This document shows, piece by piece, positions 47,201 through 58,268 of a stretch of DNA of 64,000 nt. The stretch covers positions 1 to 64,000 of the forward strand of contig CBDUPA010000022.1 in the NCBI GenBank assembly GCA_965368975.1, read 5' to 3'. Position 1 is the stretch's first letter, and each line of letters starts with the position of its first letter. Position numbers and translations under genes: made by a program. This DNA is from an uncultured bacterium (GTDB lineage Bacteria > Acidobacteriota > Thermoanaerobaculia > Multivoradales > JAHZIX01). The notes beneath the pieces are model-generated. The model was not told where the DNA came from. It made no database searches and saw only the letters and a list, made by a program, of their open reading frames with translations.

Positions 47201-50026
47201 TCAGTTCTCGCGTTCCTGGCGCCGCTCTGCCGTGCGGAGCCGCCGGCGCACGTCGCGGAGAGTCTGCTCCAGCTCCTCTTCGTGCTCGCGCAGTTTCTCG
47301 TCGTCGTCGTCGGGTCTCGGCTGGAGTCGACGCAGGGACAGGATGGCGGTGCGCTGCAGGCGGCGCTGGGGTTCGTCGGCGGCGAGTTGGCGCAGGGTCG
47401 GCAGGGCGTCGAGGTCGCCGAGCAGGCCGAGGGCGCGGATGGCGGCGGTGCGGACTTGTAGGTGGCCGGCTTGGGCGGCGTCGACGAGGAGGTCGAGGAT
47501 GCGCGGGTCTTCTTTCTGCCGGCCGAGCACGGCGAGCAGGGAGAAGGCGGCTTGTTGTTCGAAGGGTCGTTCGGGGGACCTGGTCCGTGTGCCCGCCCGC
47601 TGCAGAGCCAGCTCGACGACAGCGGTGCGCGTTTCAGACTCGAGGGCGCCGGAGCGCACCAGCGAGGTGAGCGCGTGCAGCGCGCCGACGCGGATCTCGT
47701 CGTGCCAGCTGTCGACCTCCAGGGCGGCGTTGAGGGTGGGTAGGGCGGCTTCGCCGAGCACCATGGCCAGGCTGAGCATGGCTTCCTTCTGCACCTCGAA
47801 GCTGGCGTCGGCCGTGGTGGCCGGGGCGATGAGGGCTTGCAGCAGGGCGGTGGCTTGGGAGTCGGCGGGGAAGCCGCTCAGAGCCGTGGCAGCGGCGGCG
47901 CGGACCTTGGGGTGCTCCTGTTCCAGGGCAGTGGTCAGGACGGGCAGGGTGGACGCTTCGGCGAGCTGCCCCAGCGTACGGGCGGCGGCGGCGCGGACGC
48001 CGGAAACGGGGTCGCTGTCGACGGCTGTGGTGAGGGCGGCCAGCACAGCGGGGTTGGGTTCGACCAGCACCAACGCTTCGGCGGCATCGAGACGGTCGAG
48101 GGTGCCGGTGGCGTGACGAAGCTGGTGCAGCAGCAGGTTGGTGTCTTTGTCGAAGGTGACGCTGGCCAGCAGGTGACGGCCGGGGTCGAACAGCAGCATC
48201 TCGGGAGGTGCGGGCACCTCCATCGAGACGGTGGTGACGGCATCGGCGAAGCGCAAGGGCCGGCGTACCACCCGGCCGCCGGTATGAGCCTCGAGGTGTG
48301 TCTCGATGGGGAAGGGCGCGTCGGCTGCTCCGGCTTGAAGCTGACGAACGGTCCAGATGATGGTACCGGCCGAGCTGGACTCACCGGCGTCCGGGTCGGC
48401 CTCGGAGGTCGAGGCTCGGAACTCGGCGCGCACTTCCAGCTCGGGATGACCGGCGCGGTAGATCCAGCGATCGAAGAGAGCGGCGTGCCGCTTGCCCGTC
48501 TCGGCTTCGAGGACGTCGAGGAAGTCTTGCGTATCGACCGACTCAGCGGCGTAGCGCACGACGTAGCGACGCAGAACCCGGCGGAACCGATCGGCGCCCA
48601 ACTGCTGCCGCAGTACGTGCAACACCAGCGCACCCTTGAAGTAGGTGTGCCGGTCGTACAGGTCTTCCGGATGGGGGTAGCGACGGCTGATCACCGGCCG
48701 TTGGTAGGCATTGGCGGCTTCGGCCAGGTAGCCTTCCAGCAGCTGGCGCCGATGCAGGTCGAAGGCGGCGGTGCCAAAGCGATCCTCGATGTAGAGCGCC
48801 GCCAGGTAGGTGGTAAAGCCTTCGTTCAGCCACACCTCGGACCATTCGCGGCAGCTGACCCAGTTGCCGAGCCACTGGTGAGCCAGCTCGTGTACCAGCA
48901 GGGTTTCGTGACTGATTCGGTGGTCGAGCAGTGAGCGCTCTGTGTGCAGGGCACGGTCGGTGAGGGTCGTGGCGGAGATGTTCTCCATGCCGCCCCAGGG
49001 AAAGTCGCTGACCAGGATCTGAGCGTACTTGGCGAAGGGGTAGGGGGCGTCGAGGTAGTCGCTCAGGAAGCTCAGCATCTCGGGCATGGCGCCGAAGTTG
49101 CGTCGCCAGCCCTCTTCAGCCGCGGTGGGGTTGCTGGCGTCGAACCAAGGGTGGCCAAGAGGTAGGTAGTAGCTGAAGGGAAGGCGCCGTCCTCGATGCT
49201 CGAGGATCTCCCGCTGGACTTGGAAGCGGCCGACCGCGACGGTGAGGAGATAGGTCGGATGTGGTTCTTCTTGGCGCCAGTGGAAGATGTACCGTTGGCC
49301 GATGGCGGCAGCGCTCCTTGCGAGGCTCGATATTGTCGCATCTGGCGGGCCGGGTTCCGCGGTGATTTCGGGTTCCAGTGGAAGCACCGTGCGCAACTCT
49401 CCAGCCGCCAGGGCCACCTCGCCATCGTCGACGGTGATCCACATTTCGCTGCTGGTGCGGTCGTTGGGATAGTCGTGGAGCGGGATCCAATGGCGCGTCT
49501 GCTCGGCCGCCCCCTGCGACCACACCTGTCGGGGTTCGTCGCGGAAGTAGATGCCGAGCCGCGGCCGGGCGCGGTAGCGGATGCGCACGTCCAGCCATGT
49601 ACCGCGGTCGACGGGGTCCGCCCAGTCGAGGCGCAGGCGCTGCCCGTCGTTGCGGATGCCAGGCGGTGCTGGTAGGCCCTCGATCGTGGTGGCGAGGATC
49701 TCGAGATCCACCGCATCGAGTTCCAGGGTCGTCAGCTCGTCGGATAAGGCCTCGACGCTGAGGGTGACGTCGCCGTGGACGGTGCGGGTCTCATGCTCGA
49801 AGCGCACCCGCAAGGCCACGTGATGTAGGTCCCAATCACGGTCCGGTGGATAGTGCACCGGCGTCGAGAGAGCACTGAAGGCGGATGTCGGCCCCTCTAC
49901 TTCGGCGAGGGTTGCCGCGGCTACAGGTGAGACGGGCCAGCTCGAACACAAGAGCACGGTGAACGAGACAACTACGGACAAGGTCCACAGCACAGTCAGC
50001 CGAACGCGCGCACGGCGTTGGGGCAT
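47201..50026 (-). CDS. M1 family aminopeptidase with C-terminal HEAT repeats, probably secreted
   Basis: GGMEN, HELAHQW...WLNEG, TYFKGALVLH; HEAT-like VRAAAARTLG repeats; N-terminal signal-like segment. Confidence 0.92.
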   Translation of the reverse strand: MPQRRARVRLTVLWTLSVVVSFTVLLCSSWPVSPVAAATLAEVEGPTSAFSALSTPVHYPPDRDWDLHHVALRVRFEHETRTVHGDVTLSVEALSDELTTLELDAVDLEILATTIEGLPAPPGIRNDGQRLRLDWADPVDRGTWLDVRIRYRARPRLGIYFRDEPRQVWSQGAAEQTRHWIPLHDYPNDRTSSEMWITVDDGEVALAAGELRTVLPLEPEITAEPGPPDATISSLARSAAAIGQRYIFHWRQEEPHPTYLLTVAVGRFQVQREILEHRGRRLPFSYYLPLGHPWFDASNPTAAEEGWRRNFGAMPEMLSFLSDYLDAPYPFAKYAQILVSDFPWGGMENISATTLTDRALHTERSLLDHRISHETLLVHELAHQWLGNWVSCREWSEVWLNEGFTTYLAALYIEDRFGTAAFDLHRRQLLEGYLAEAANAYQRPVISRRYPHPEDLYDRHTYFKGALVLHVLRQQLGADRFRRVLRRYVVRYAAESVDTQDFLDVLEAETGKRHAALFDRWIYRAGHPELEVRAEFRASTSEADPDAGESSSAGTIIWTVRQLQAGAADAPFPIETHLEAHTGGRVVRRPLRFADAVTTVSMEVPAPPEMLLFDPGRHLLASVTFDKDTNLLLHQLRHATGTLDRLDAAEALVLVEPNPAVLAALTTAVDSDPVSGVRAAAARTLGQLAEASTLPVLTTALEQEHPKVRAAAATALSGFPADSQATALLQALIAPATTADASFEVQKEAMLSLAMVLGEAALPTLNAALEVDSWHDEIRVGALHALTSLVRSGALESETRTAVVELALQRAGTRTRSPERPFEQQAAFSLLAVLGRQKEDPRILDLLVDAAQAGHLQVRTAAIRALGLLGDLDALPTLRQLAADEPQRRLQRTAILSLRRLQPRPDDDDEKLREHEEELEQTLRDVRRRLRTAERRQEREN

Positions 50027-50107
50027 GCATCCTCCCGGAGAGAGCGTCAGGTCACGATAGCCGATCTACAACGACATCGTATTGTAACGCGACCCTCCGG
50101 TCCCGGC

Positions 50108-50683
50108 TCACACCAACAACACGCCCTCCAACACCAACAACTGCTGCTTCACATCCAAGCCGCCGCCGAAACCGGTCAGACTACCGTCGGCACCGATCAC
50201 ACGGTGGCAGGGGACGATGATCGAGATCGGGTTGGCGCCGTTGGCACCCCCGACGGCGCGCGCCGCGGTGGGACGACCGAGCGTACCCGCGACGCCCGCG
50301 GCGATGTCCTGGTAGCTGACCGTGGTGCCGTAGGGAATGCGGCTGAGCTGATCCCAGACCGCCTTCTGGAACTCAGTGCCGCGCGCCGCCAGCGGTAGAT
50401 CGAAGTCGCGGCGTTGTTTGCGGAAGTACTCGTCCAGCTGCGCGACCACGTGGGCGCAGCGCTCGGCGTCCGGGACCAGGCTGACCCGGTACTGCGTCTC
50501 CGCGTCCTCGACCATGCCTTCGAGCGTGCGATCCTGGTTCAGGAAACGCAGCTGGACGACGGCGCCGTGCTCGTCGACGACCAGGAACAGGTCGCCCACG
50601 GGTGAAGGCATGACGTGCGAGTACAAGGTCTCGGGCTGGGCGCCCTGCTTGGGCGGTGCGTTCTTGACGGTTCGGGCGTTCAT
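50108..50683 (-). CDS. ogt: Methylated-DNA--protein-cysteine methyltransferase
   Basis: GTEFQKAVW, IPYGTTVSY, ARAVGGANGANP, VPCHRVIG. Confidence 0.93.
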   Translation of the reverse strand: MNARTVKNAPPKQGAQPETLYSHVMPSPVGDLFLVVDEHGAVVQLRFLNQDRTLEGMVEDAETQYRVSLVPDAERCAHVVAQLDEYFRKQRRDFDLPLAARGTEFQKAVWDQLSRIPYGTTVSYQDIAAGVAGTLGRPTAARAVGGANGANPISIIVPCHRVIGADGSLTGFGGGLDVKQQLLVLEGVLLV

Positions 50684-52233
50684 GCAGGGTCTCCGAGGGT
50701 TCTCCAGAGGTGGTAGGTGGCGAGGCTTCGGTAGGGGCTGAAGGGTTCCATGAGGCGCAAGGTCTCGTCCTTGTCCGGCCGCTCCTCGAGGTCGAAGAAG
50801 CGGCGCAGGGCTTCGTGTAGGCCGCTGTCACCCACCGGCACGCAGTCGGCGAAAGCGCAGGCGCGCAGCATGACGTAGTGGGTCGACCAGGGGCCGAAGC
50901 CGCGCCGGGCGAGCAGCGTGCGTTCGGCTTCCAGCGGGGGGCGCTCGGCGAGGCCTTCCGGGTTCAGTTCGCCGGCCACAACGGCACGGGCCAGGTCGAT
51001 CAGGTATTCCGCCTTGCGCTGCGAGAACTGCAGCGGTCGCAAGTCGTCGACGTCCAGCTGGGCGACCTCGGCGGGTGTCGGATGAGCGCGTGGCGGAGTG
51101 TCACGGCCGGGCAGGGTGCCGGCGCCTTGGGCGTCCACGTGGACGACCGGCCCTGCCAGCTCGATCAGGCGTCGACGCAGCAGGCTGGCGAAGCCGACGT
51201 TGAGCTGCTGGCCGACGATCGACCACACCATGCCTTCGAAGACGTCCGGCGTCTGCGGGATGCGCAATCCCGTGTGCCGCTCGAACAGACGGCGCAGCTT
51301 CGGTTTGCGGCTCAGCTGCGCGGCGAAGGCTTCAGCGTCGAAGTCGAGGCCGAGCATGCGCCAGGCGCAGCGATGCGCCGAGGCCATCTCGTGGGTGCTG
51401 AGCGGTCGGGGGTCGCTACCGCTGAGCCAGCCCGGCGTCACCGTGACGCGTAGGCGCAGTCCGTGCGCGGCGTCGCCCTCGAAGTCGAGACCGAGCAAGG
51501 CCGGGCGAGCCCTGGCGGAGTCCGAACGAAGCCAGACAATCCGCCGCGCCGACCGTCCGTCCGCCCACTCCGTGGGACTCTCGGGATCGCGACCGATGAG
51601 CGTCAGCGGGTCGTACTCGACATAGCCGTCCGGAAGTTCAAGGACGAAGCTGTGCGACCCGGGTGGCTCGCCTTCGTCACGACGCAGGCGCCGGTAGTCC
51701 CCCGGCGACAGGCCCGTCAGGCGCCGGAAGTTGGCGTGGAAGGTCGAACTGCTCTCGAAGCCCACCGCCGCGGCGACATCGAGCAGAGACTCGTCAGAGT
51801 CGAGCAACCGTCTGCGTGCCGCGTCGATACGCACGCGTTGCAGGAAGGCTGCCGGCGTCGTGTGTCCGCAGCGGCGGAACTCGGCGCTCAGCTTGGTATT
51901 GCCCATGCCTGCCATCTTCGCCAGTGCTTGCACGTCGGCAAAGATCTCCGGCGCCGCGCGTGCCGTGTCCCACAGGTCGCGCAGACGTTCGAGGTCCGGG
52001 TCGAAGTCGCGGTAGAAGTAATGTGGCCGGCAGCGCTTGCACGGTCGCAGTCCCGCGTCCTTGGCTGTGTCCTCGGCGTCGAAGAACTGCACGTTCTCCG
52101 GCTTTGGATTGCGCGCCGGGCACGAGGGTAAGCAGTAGATGCCGGTGGACAGGACCCCCACGATGAAGCGCCCGTCGTAGCTGGCGTCGCGGGCGTAGGC
52201 CCGCTCCAACATGTGTTCCCGCGTCAAGTTCAT
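50680..52233 (-). CDS. alkA: Ada Zn-binding/AraC HTH - AlkA DNA glycosylase fusion
   Basis: STGIYCLPSCPAR, GLRPCKRCRP, AraC HTH (VAAAVGFESSSTF), SIVGQQ, HhH motif RGFGPWS, PYRSLATYHLW. Confidence 0.88.
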   Translation of the reverse strand: MNLTREHMLERAYARDASYDGRFIVGVLSTGIYCLPSCPARNPKPENVQFFDAEDTAKDAGLRPCKRCRPHYFYRDFDPDLERLRDLWDTARAAPEIFADVQALAKMAGMGNTKLSAEFRRCGHTTPAAFLQRVRIDAARRRLLDSDESLLDVAAAVGFESSSTFHANFRRLTGLSPGDYRRLRRDEGEPPGSHSFVLELPDGYVEYDPLTLIGRDPESPTEWADGRSARRIVWLRSDSARARPALLGLDFEGDAAHGLRLRVTVTPGWLSGSDPRPLSTHEMASAHRCAWRMLGLDFDAEAFAAQLSRKPKLRRLFERHTGLRIPQTPDVFEGMVWSIVGQQLNVGFASLLRRRLIELAGPVVHVDAQGAGTLPGRDTPPRAHPTPAEVAQLDVDDLRPLQFSQRKAEYLIDLARAVVAGELNPEGLAERPPLEAERTLLARRGFGPWSTHYVMLRACAFADCVPVGDSGLHEALRRFFDLEERPDKDETLRLMEPFSPYRSLATYHLWRTLGDPA

Positions 52234-52344
52234 GCACGGAGCGTAGCGGACGTCGGGATCTTTTGTCTTCCGGATTTCTTCGCTGGATGTGATTGCCGGG
52301 AGTGTTGTGACTCGAGAACTAGGCTACCCGCGTACCGCCTCTTC

Positions 52345-53024
52345 TCATCCGAAGACCCGCTCCCAAGTTGCCCGCAAGCCACCTTCCAGCGCCTCGGCTC
52401 CGTACTTCCACGCCACGTACAAAGCCAGCACGGCGATGCCGCCAGCCAGGGGAGCGATCAGCAGGCCGCCAAGCAGGACCAAGCCGTCTTCTTCCAGCAA
52501 GCCACAGGCGAGCACGAAGATGACGAAGCTGGGGGCGGTGTTGGTGAGCGGGATGGGCAGGCTCATGGAGCAGGCCATCAGGATCACCACGATGCCGATC
52601 AGGGCATGAAAGGTACGGTGCTGGGCCATGCGGGTCAAGCGGGGGCGGACGAGGACTTCGGTGAAGCGGAAGAGGCTGCCGGCAGCGCCGAGGGTCGTCT
52701 TGAGAGTCTTGCCGCCGAGTTTGCGGCGGCGCGACCACTCGGGTAGGGACGGGGTGCTGCGGTGCAGGACCATCTGCACGCCGAGGACGATCATCATCAG
52801 GCCGAAGGGTGTGGCGTAGCCCGGAGCCGGCAGGGGTAGGGCGGCGGGCAGGGCGAGGATGGCGAGCAGCAGACCGAAGCCGCGCTCGCCGATGCGGTCG
52901 ACGAGATCACCGAGGGTGACGTCTTGTCCGTCGAGGGAGTCGACCAGGTCGGCCAGCTCGACGGACAGGCGCCGGTGCGATGAGGAGGAGGTCGGCTCGG
53001 CCTCGCTTTCCGCGCTGGCTGGGG

Positions 53025-53028
<4 letters not shown>
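52345..53028 (-). CDS. exoD: Exopolysaccharide biosynthesis protein ExoD family
   Basis: [31 protein letters not shown]. Probable TTG start overlapping the thiC stop; start uncertain. Confidence 0.82.
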
Positions 53029-54779
<1,751 letters not shown>

Positions 54780-54836
54780 CAGGGTCTTCTCCTCGAATTG
54801 GATCGCCGAGACGGCAGATGAAGCCAGAACGATGCG

Positions 54837-56342
54837 CTAGGCGTCGCCGGAGGCCTCGCCTCCGGGTGAATCTTCGGAACTATAGCTCAGGGGTAGCACC
54901 AGCACGAGCGTGGTACCTCGTGGTCCGCTGTCACCGACGAACAGACGGCCGCCGTGCGCTTCGGCGATGCGTCGCGCGATGGCCAAGCCAAGGCCGGTGC
55001 CTTGCGTCTTGGTGGTGTAGAACGGCTCGAAGAGGTGGTCGCGCTGCGCGCCGTTGAGGCCGGGGCCGTTGTCGCGCAGTCTTAGCTGGATGGCGGCGCG
55101 GCCTTCGAGCTCGCTGCGTTGGCAGTCGGCCTGCAGCTCGACGTCGTCTTCGCAGGCGTCGAGGGCGTTCTCCAGAATGTTGCGTAGCACCTGGGTGAGG
55201 CGGCCGCGGTCGACCGGGAAGGGAGCGTCGCAGGCGCTGCCGGTGATATCGAGACGGCAGCAGCGGTCTTGACGGCGCGCCGCGAGCTGGTCCCAGGCTT
55301 CGAGCAGCAACTCCGGAAGCAGCTGGTCGCTGCGTTCGAGCGTGATCGGAGCAGCGTAGTTGCGCACGTCGCCGTAGAGCTGCTCCAGGTGATTGCCGGC
55401 CTGACCGATGCGCTCGACCAGCTGCCGTGCCTCGGGGTCCTCGACCTTGGCTTTGAGCAGGTCGAGGTACCAGCGCATAGCCTGCAGATCGCTACGACTC
55501 TCGTGCGCCAGCACGGTGAGCATCTGGCCGATGGTCGCCAGCCGTTCGGCGCGCAGGGCGCGATCCTGGGCCCCCTTGAGGCTGGTGATGTCGTGGCCGA
55601 CCACGAGCAGCGCCGAACCGTTCTCCAGGTCTGGTAGGCGCAGGCTCTGCCAGAGCAGCCAGGCGCGTGATCCGTCGCGGCGCTGGATCGGCCCCTGGTA
55701 GCCATGGGCTGGTAGCTCTTCGAGTACGTAGCGCAGATCCTGGCGATCGGATTCGGCCAGGTCTTTGGGTAGCAGCAACTCGACCAGGTCTTGGTTCACC
55801 GCTTCTTCGACGCTGTAGCCGGTGACCTTGCGGGCGTGCGGATTGAGGTAGTGGATCTGGTAGCCAGGCTTGAGAATGGCGATCATGCACGGCGCCGCTT
55901 CGACCAGCGCCTGGAAGACGGCGTCGCTGCTCTGTTTGGCGAGAAGCAGGCGACGGTGCTCGGCGAGGCGGTCGAGGGTGGCGCGCAGGGCGTCGGGGTG
56001 GACCGGCTTGAGCAAGTAGTCGGCGGCGCCTTGACGCAGGGCGACGAGGGCGCCGTCGAGGTCGGTGTAGCCGGTGATGATGACGACATCCGCCTGCGGC
56101 GCGCGCCGGCGTAGCCAGGGCAGCAGGTCTTCGGCGCGACCATCGGGCAGACGGCGATCGAGCAAGATGGTGGCGATGGCCGACCAGTCCTGGCGCTGGT
56201 GCACTTCGTCGACGCTGCCGGCGGTCTCGACCTTGTAGTCGTCGAGCTCCAGGATGTCGCGGAAGTTGGCGCGGGCATCGGCGTCGTCTTCGATGACCAG
56301 GATTCGATCGGGTAGGGCAGCGGGGCGCAGGGTCGTGTCCAT
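54837..56342 (-). CDS. Hybrid REC-PAS-histidine kinase
   Basis: ILVIEDD...LLDRRLPDG; PAS (YLNPHARKVTGYSVEEA); LAHESR H-box; NILENA, DNGPG, GTGLGL. Confidence 0.9.
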   Translation of the reverse strand: MDTTLRPAALPDRILVIEDDADARANFRDILELDDYKVETAGSVDEVHQRQDWSAIATILLDRRLPDGRAEDLLPWLRRRAPQADVVIITGYTDLDGALVALRQGAADYLLKPVHPDALRATLDRLAEHRRLLLAKQSSDAVFQALVEAAPCMIAILKPGYQIHYLNPHARKVTGYSVEEAVNQDLVELLLPKDLAESDRQDLRYVLEELPAHGYQGPIQRRDGSRAWLLWQSLRLPDLENGSALLVVGHDITSLKGAQDRALRAERLATIGQMLTVLAHESRSDLQAMRWYLDLLKAKVEDPEARQLVERIGQAGNHLEQLYGDVRNYAAPITLERSDQLLPELLLEAWDQLAARRQDRCCRLDITGSACDAPFPVDRGRLTQVLRNILENALDACEDDVELQADCQRSELEGRAAIQLRLRDNGPGLNGAQRDHLFEPFYTTKTQGTGLGLAIARRIAEAHGGRLFVGDSGPRGTTLVLVLPLSYSSEDSPGGEASGDA

Positions 56343-56350
56343 GGCTTGCC

Positions 56351-56797
56351 TCAGGTATCCGGAGTGCCGCTGCGGTGCTCGTGGCCGGTCCGGCGGCTCA
56401 GCTGGTAGACGGTGCTCAAGAGATCTTCCATATCCACGGGTTTGTAGCACACCGCGTCGATGCCACCGCCGAGTGTCGGCAGTCGTGCTTCGACGCCATA
56501 CGCGGTGACGATGACCGCGGCGGTGCCGGGACTCAGTTGCTTGAGTCGGTGGAAGAGGGTCAGTCCGTCCATGTGTGGCATCTTGAAGTCGAGCAGTGCC
56601 ACGTCATACGTGGTGCGGCTGGCCAGCTCTAGCGCCTCGAAGCCATCGCCAGCGGTGTCGACCCGGTAGTCGAGTTCGAGCAGGATGTCGCTCAGGTTGG
56701 CACACGCGTCCGGCTCGTCATCGACGATCAGGATGTGCGGCTGACGGTCGCAGCCACGCGAGGAGGAGCGCGAGCGGGCAGCCGGATCACGCGTCAT
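56351..56797 (-). CDS. Single-domain response regulator
   Basis: ILIVDDE, LLDFKMPHMDG, VTAY, KP. Confidence 0.85.
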   Translation of the reverse strand: MTRDPAARSRSSSRGCDRQPHILIVDDEPDACANLSDILLELDYRVDTAGDGFEALELASRTTYDVALLDFKMPHMDGLTLFHRLKQLSPGTAAVIVTAYGVEARLPTLGGGIDAVCYKPVDMEDLLSTVYQLSRRTGHEHRSGTPDT

Positions 56798-58118
56798 GGC
56801 GAGACCGATTCCTGTCAGGTGCCGGCGTGGGGTCGAGCGCGGCTGTGGCCGGCAAGCGTACCGTGAAGGTGGCGCCCTGACCGGGCACGCTGGTGACCTG
56901 CAGCTGACCTTGGTGTTTCTCCAGGATGCCGCGGCACAGTGCCAGTCCCAAGCCGATACCGCGCGCCTTGGTGGTGAAGAGTGGTTCGAGAATGCGCGGG
57001 AGTTCTGGCTCCGGGATGCCGGGGCCGTCATCGATGACCTGCACCTCGACGCTGGTCCCGGTATCGCCGCCCGGAACCCGCGCACGCACTTGTAGGTGGC
57101 CGCCCGCGGTCATGGCTTCCCGAGCGTTGCGGATCAAGTTGGCGAAGACGATCACCAGCTGAGCCGGATCGGCCTTCACCGCGGGGAGGTCGGGTGGTAG
57201 GTCGAGGGTCAGCTGCAGGCCGTTCGTGGGCGGCGTGTCGGACTCGGGCAGCAGGCCTTCCTGTCCGAGCACCTGGTTGAGCAGGTGGTGTAGCTGGACG
57301 GGCTCAAGGCTCGGCATCGGCATACGCGCGAAGTTGGACAGCGCGGTGATCACCTCGTCGGCAGCGCGCACTTGGCGCTCGATGCGTTCCAGGTGCTCTT
57401 CCACCTTGGCTGCTGCTGGCTCGCGCGCACGGCGTAGGTAATAGGCCGACGTCTTGATCACGTTGAGCGGATTGCGCAGCTCGTGCGCCAGTCCACCGGC
57501 CATCTGACCGATGGCCGCCAGCCGCTCGGTTCGTTGTTGTTGCGCCGCGCGCGCCCACTGATAACTGGTTTCGATGATGATCAGGTCCAGATCCAGCCGC
57601 TTGTTCAGCGACACGACGGTTGAAGACAGATCGTCGGGGCTGGCTTGCCACGCTGCGTGCAGTCGCTGGCACAGCCCCTGGCGCAGGCGGGCCAGGGCAG
57701 CCAGGGCGTAGATCTGGTCGAGGCCGATCTCGCTGTGGCGCAGCCCGACGCGCCAGCGTCGGCGGATGTAGTCGTCGCTATCGCCGCTGCCCAGCAATTC
57801 GTCGAGCCACACGCGCAGGGAGCCTTTGAGTCGCTCGATCTGCACCGCGCCGCCGGTCAGCACCTGACGCGTGGCGGTATGCCGCTCGATCTCGGCATAG
57901 AAATCGTCGATCAGGTCCGGGATGTGCGGTTGCAGGAGCTGGTACGCACTGTGCACCCGCTGCGCATCCTCGGCGCTGTAGCCGATGTACTTCTGCAGCT
58001 CGGCAATGCGTTGCACGGGAGGCTCAGCTGATCCCTGGTGGTGGCTCGATCCCTGGTCGGGACTTGGGACCGGGACGGGACTCGGAGCCTGATGGGCACT
58101 GTCCATAGGTGACGCCAT
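56787..58118 (-). CDS. Protoglobin (globin-coupled sensor) histidine kinase
   Basis: YIGYSAEDA...DFYAEI...QIERLK...RVGLRHSEIGL; LAHELRNPL; NLIRNA, DDGPG, GIGLGL. Confidence 0.85.
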   Translation of the reverse strand: MASPMDSAHQAPSPVPVPSPDQGSSHHQGSAEPPVQRIAELQKYIGYSAEDAQRVHSAYQLLQPHIPDLIDDFYAEIERHTATRQVLTGGAVQIERLKGSLRVWLDELLGSGDSDDYIRRRWRVGLRHSEIGLDQIYALAALARLRQGLCQRLHAAWQASPDDLSSTVVSLNKRLDLDLIIIETSYQWARAAQQQRTERLAAIGQMAGGLAHELRNPLNVIKTSAYYLRRAREPAAAKVEEHLERIERQVRAADEVITALSNFARMPMPSLEPVQLHHLLNQVLGQEGLLPESDTPPTNGLQLTLDLPPDLPAVKADPAQLVIVFANLIRNAREAMTAGGHLQVRARVPGGDTGTSVEVQVIDDGPGIPEPELPRILEPLFTTKARGIGLGLALCRGILEKHQGQLQVTSVPGQGATFTVRLPATAALDPTPAPDRNRSRHDA

Positions 58119-58268
58119 GTTGAGTCGCGATGGAGAAGCCGTTGCAGGTGGGAAGCTCCCCGAAGTGCCGCACGCGCACTCCCTACGTGGAGGTCCGGCT
58201 CGTCAGGGTGGCAGGAAGCCTATCACGCGCGCCCTTTCTACAGTACTGACGAACTACGATGACTTGAC

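Noticed and set aside
52234-52344. Ada-box upstream of ada/alkA
   Set aside because: An AT-richer stretch is present, but I could not match a convincing consensus.
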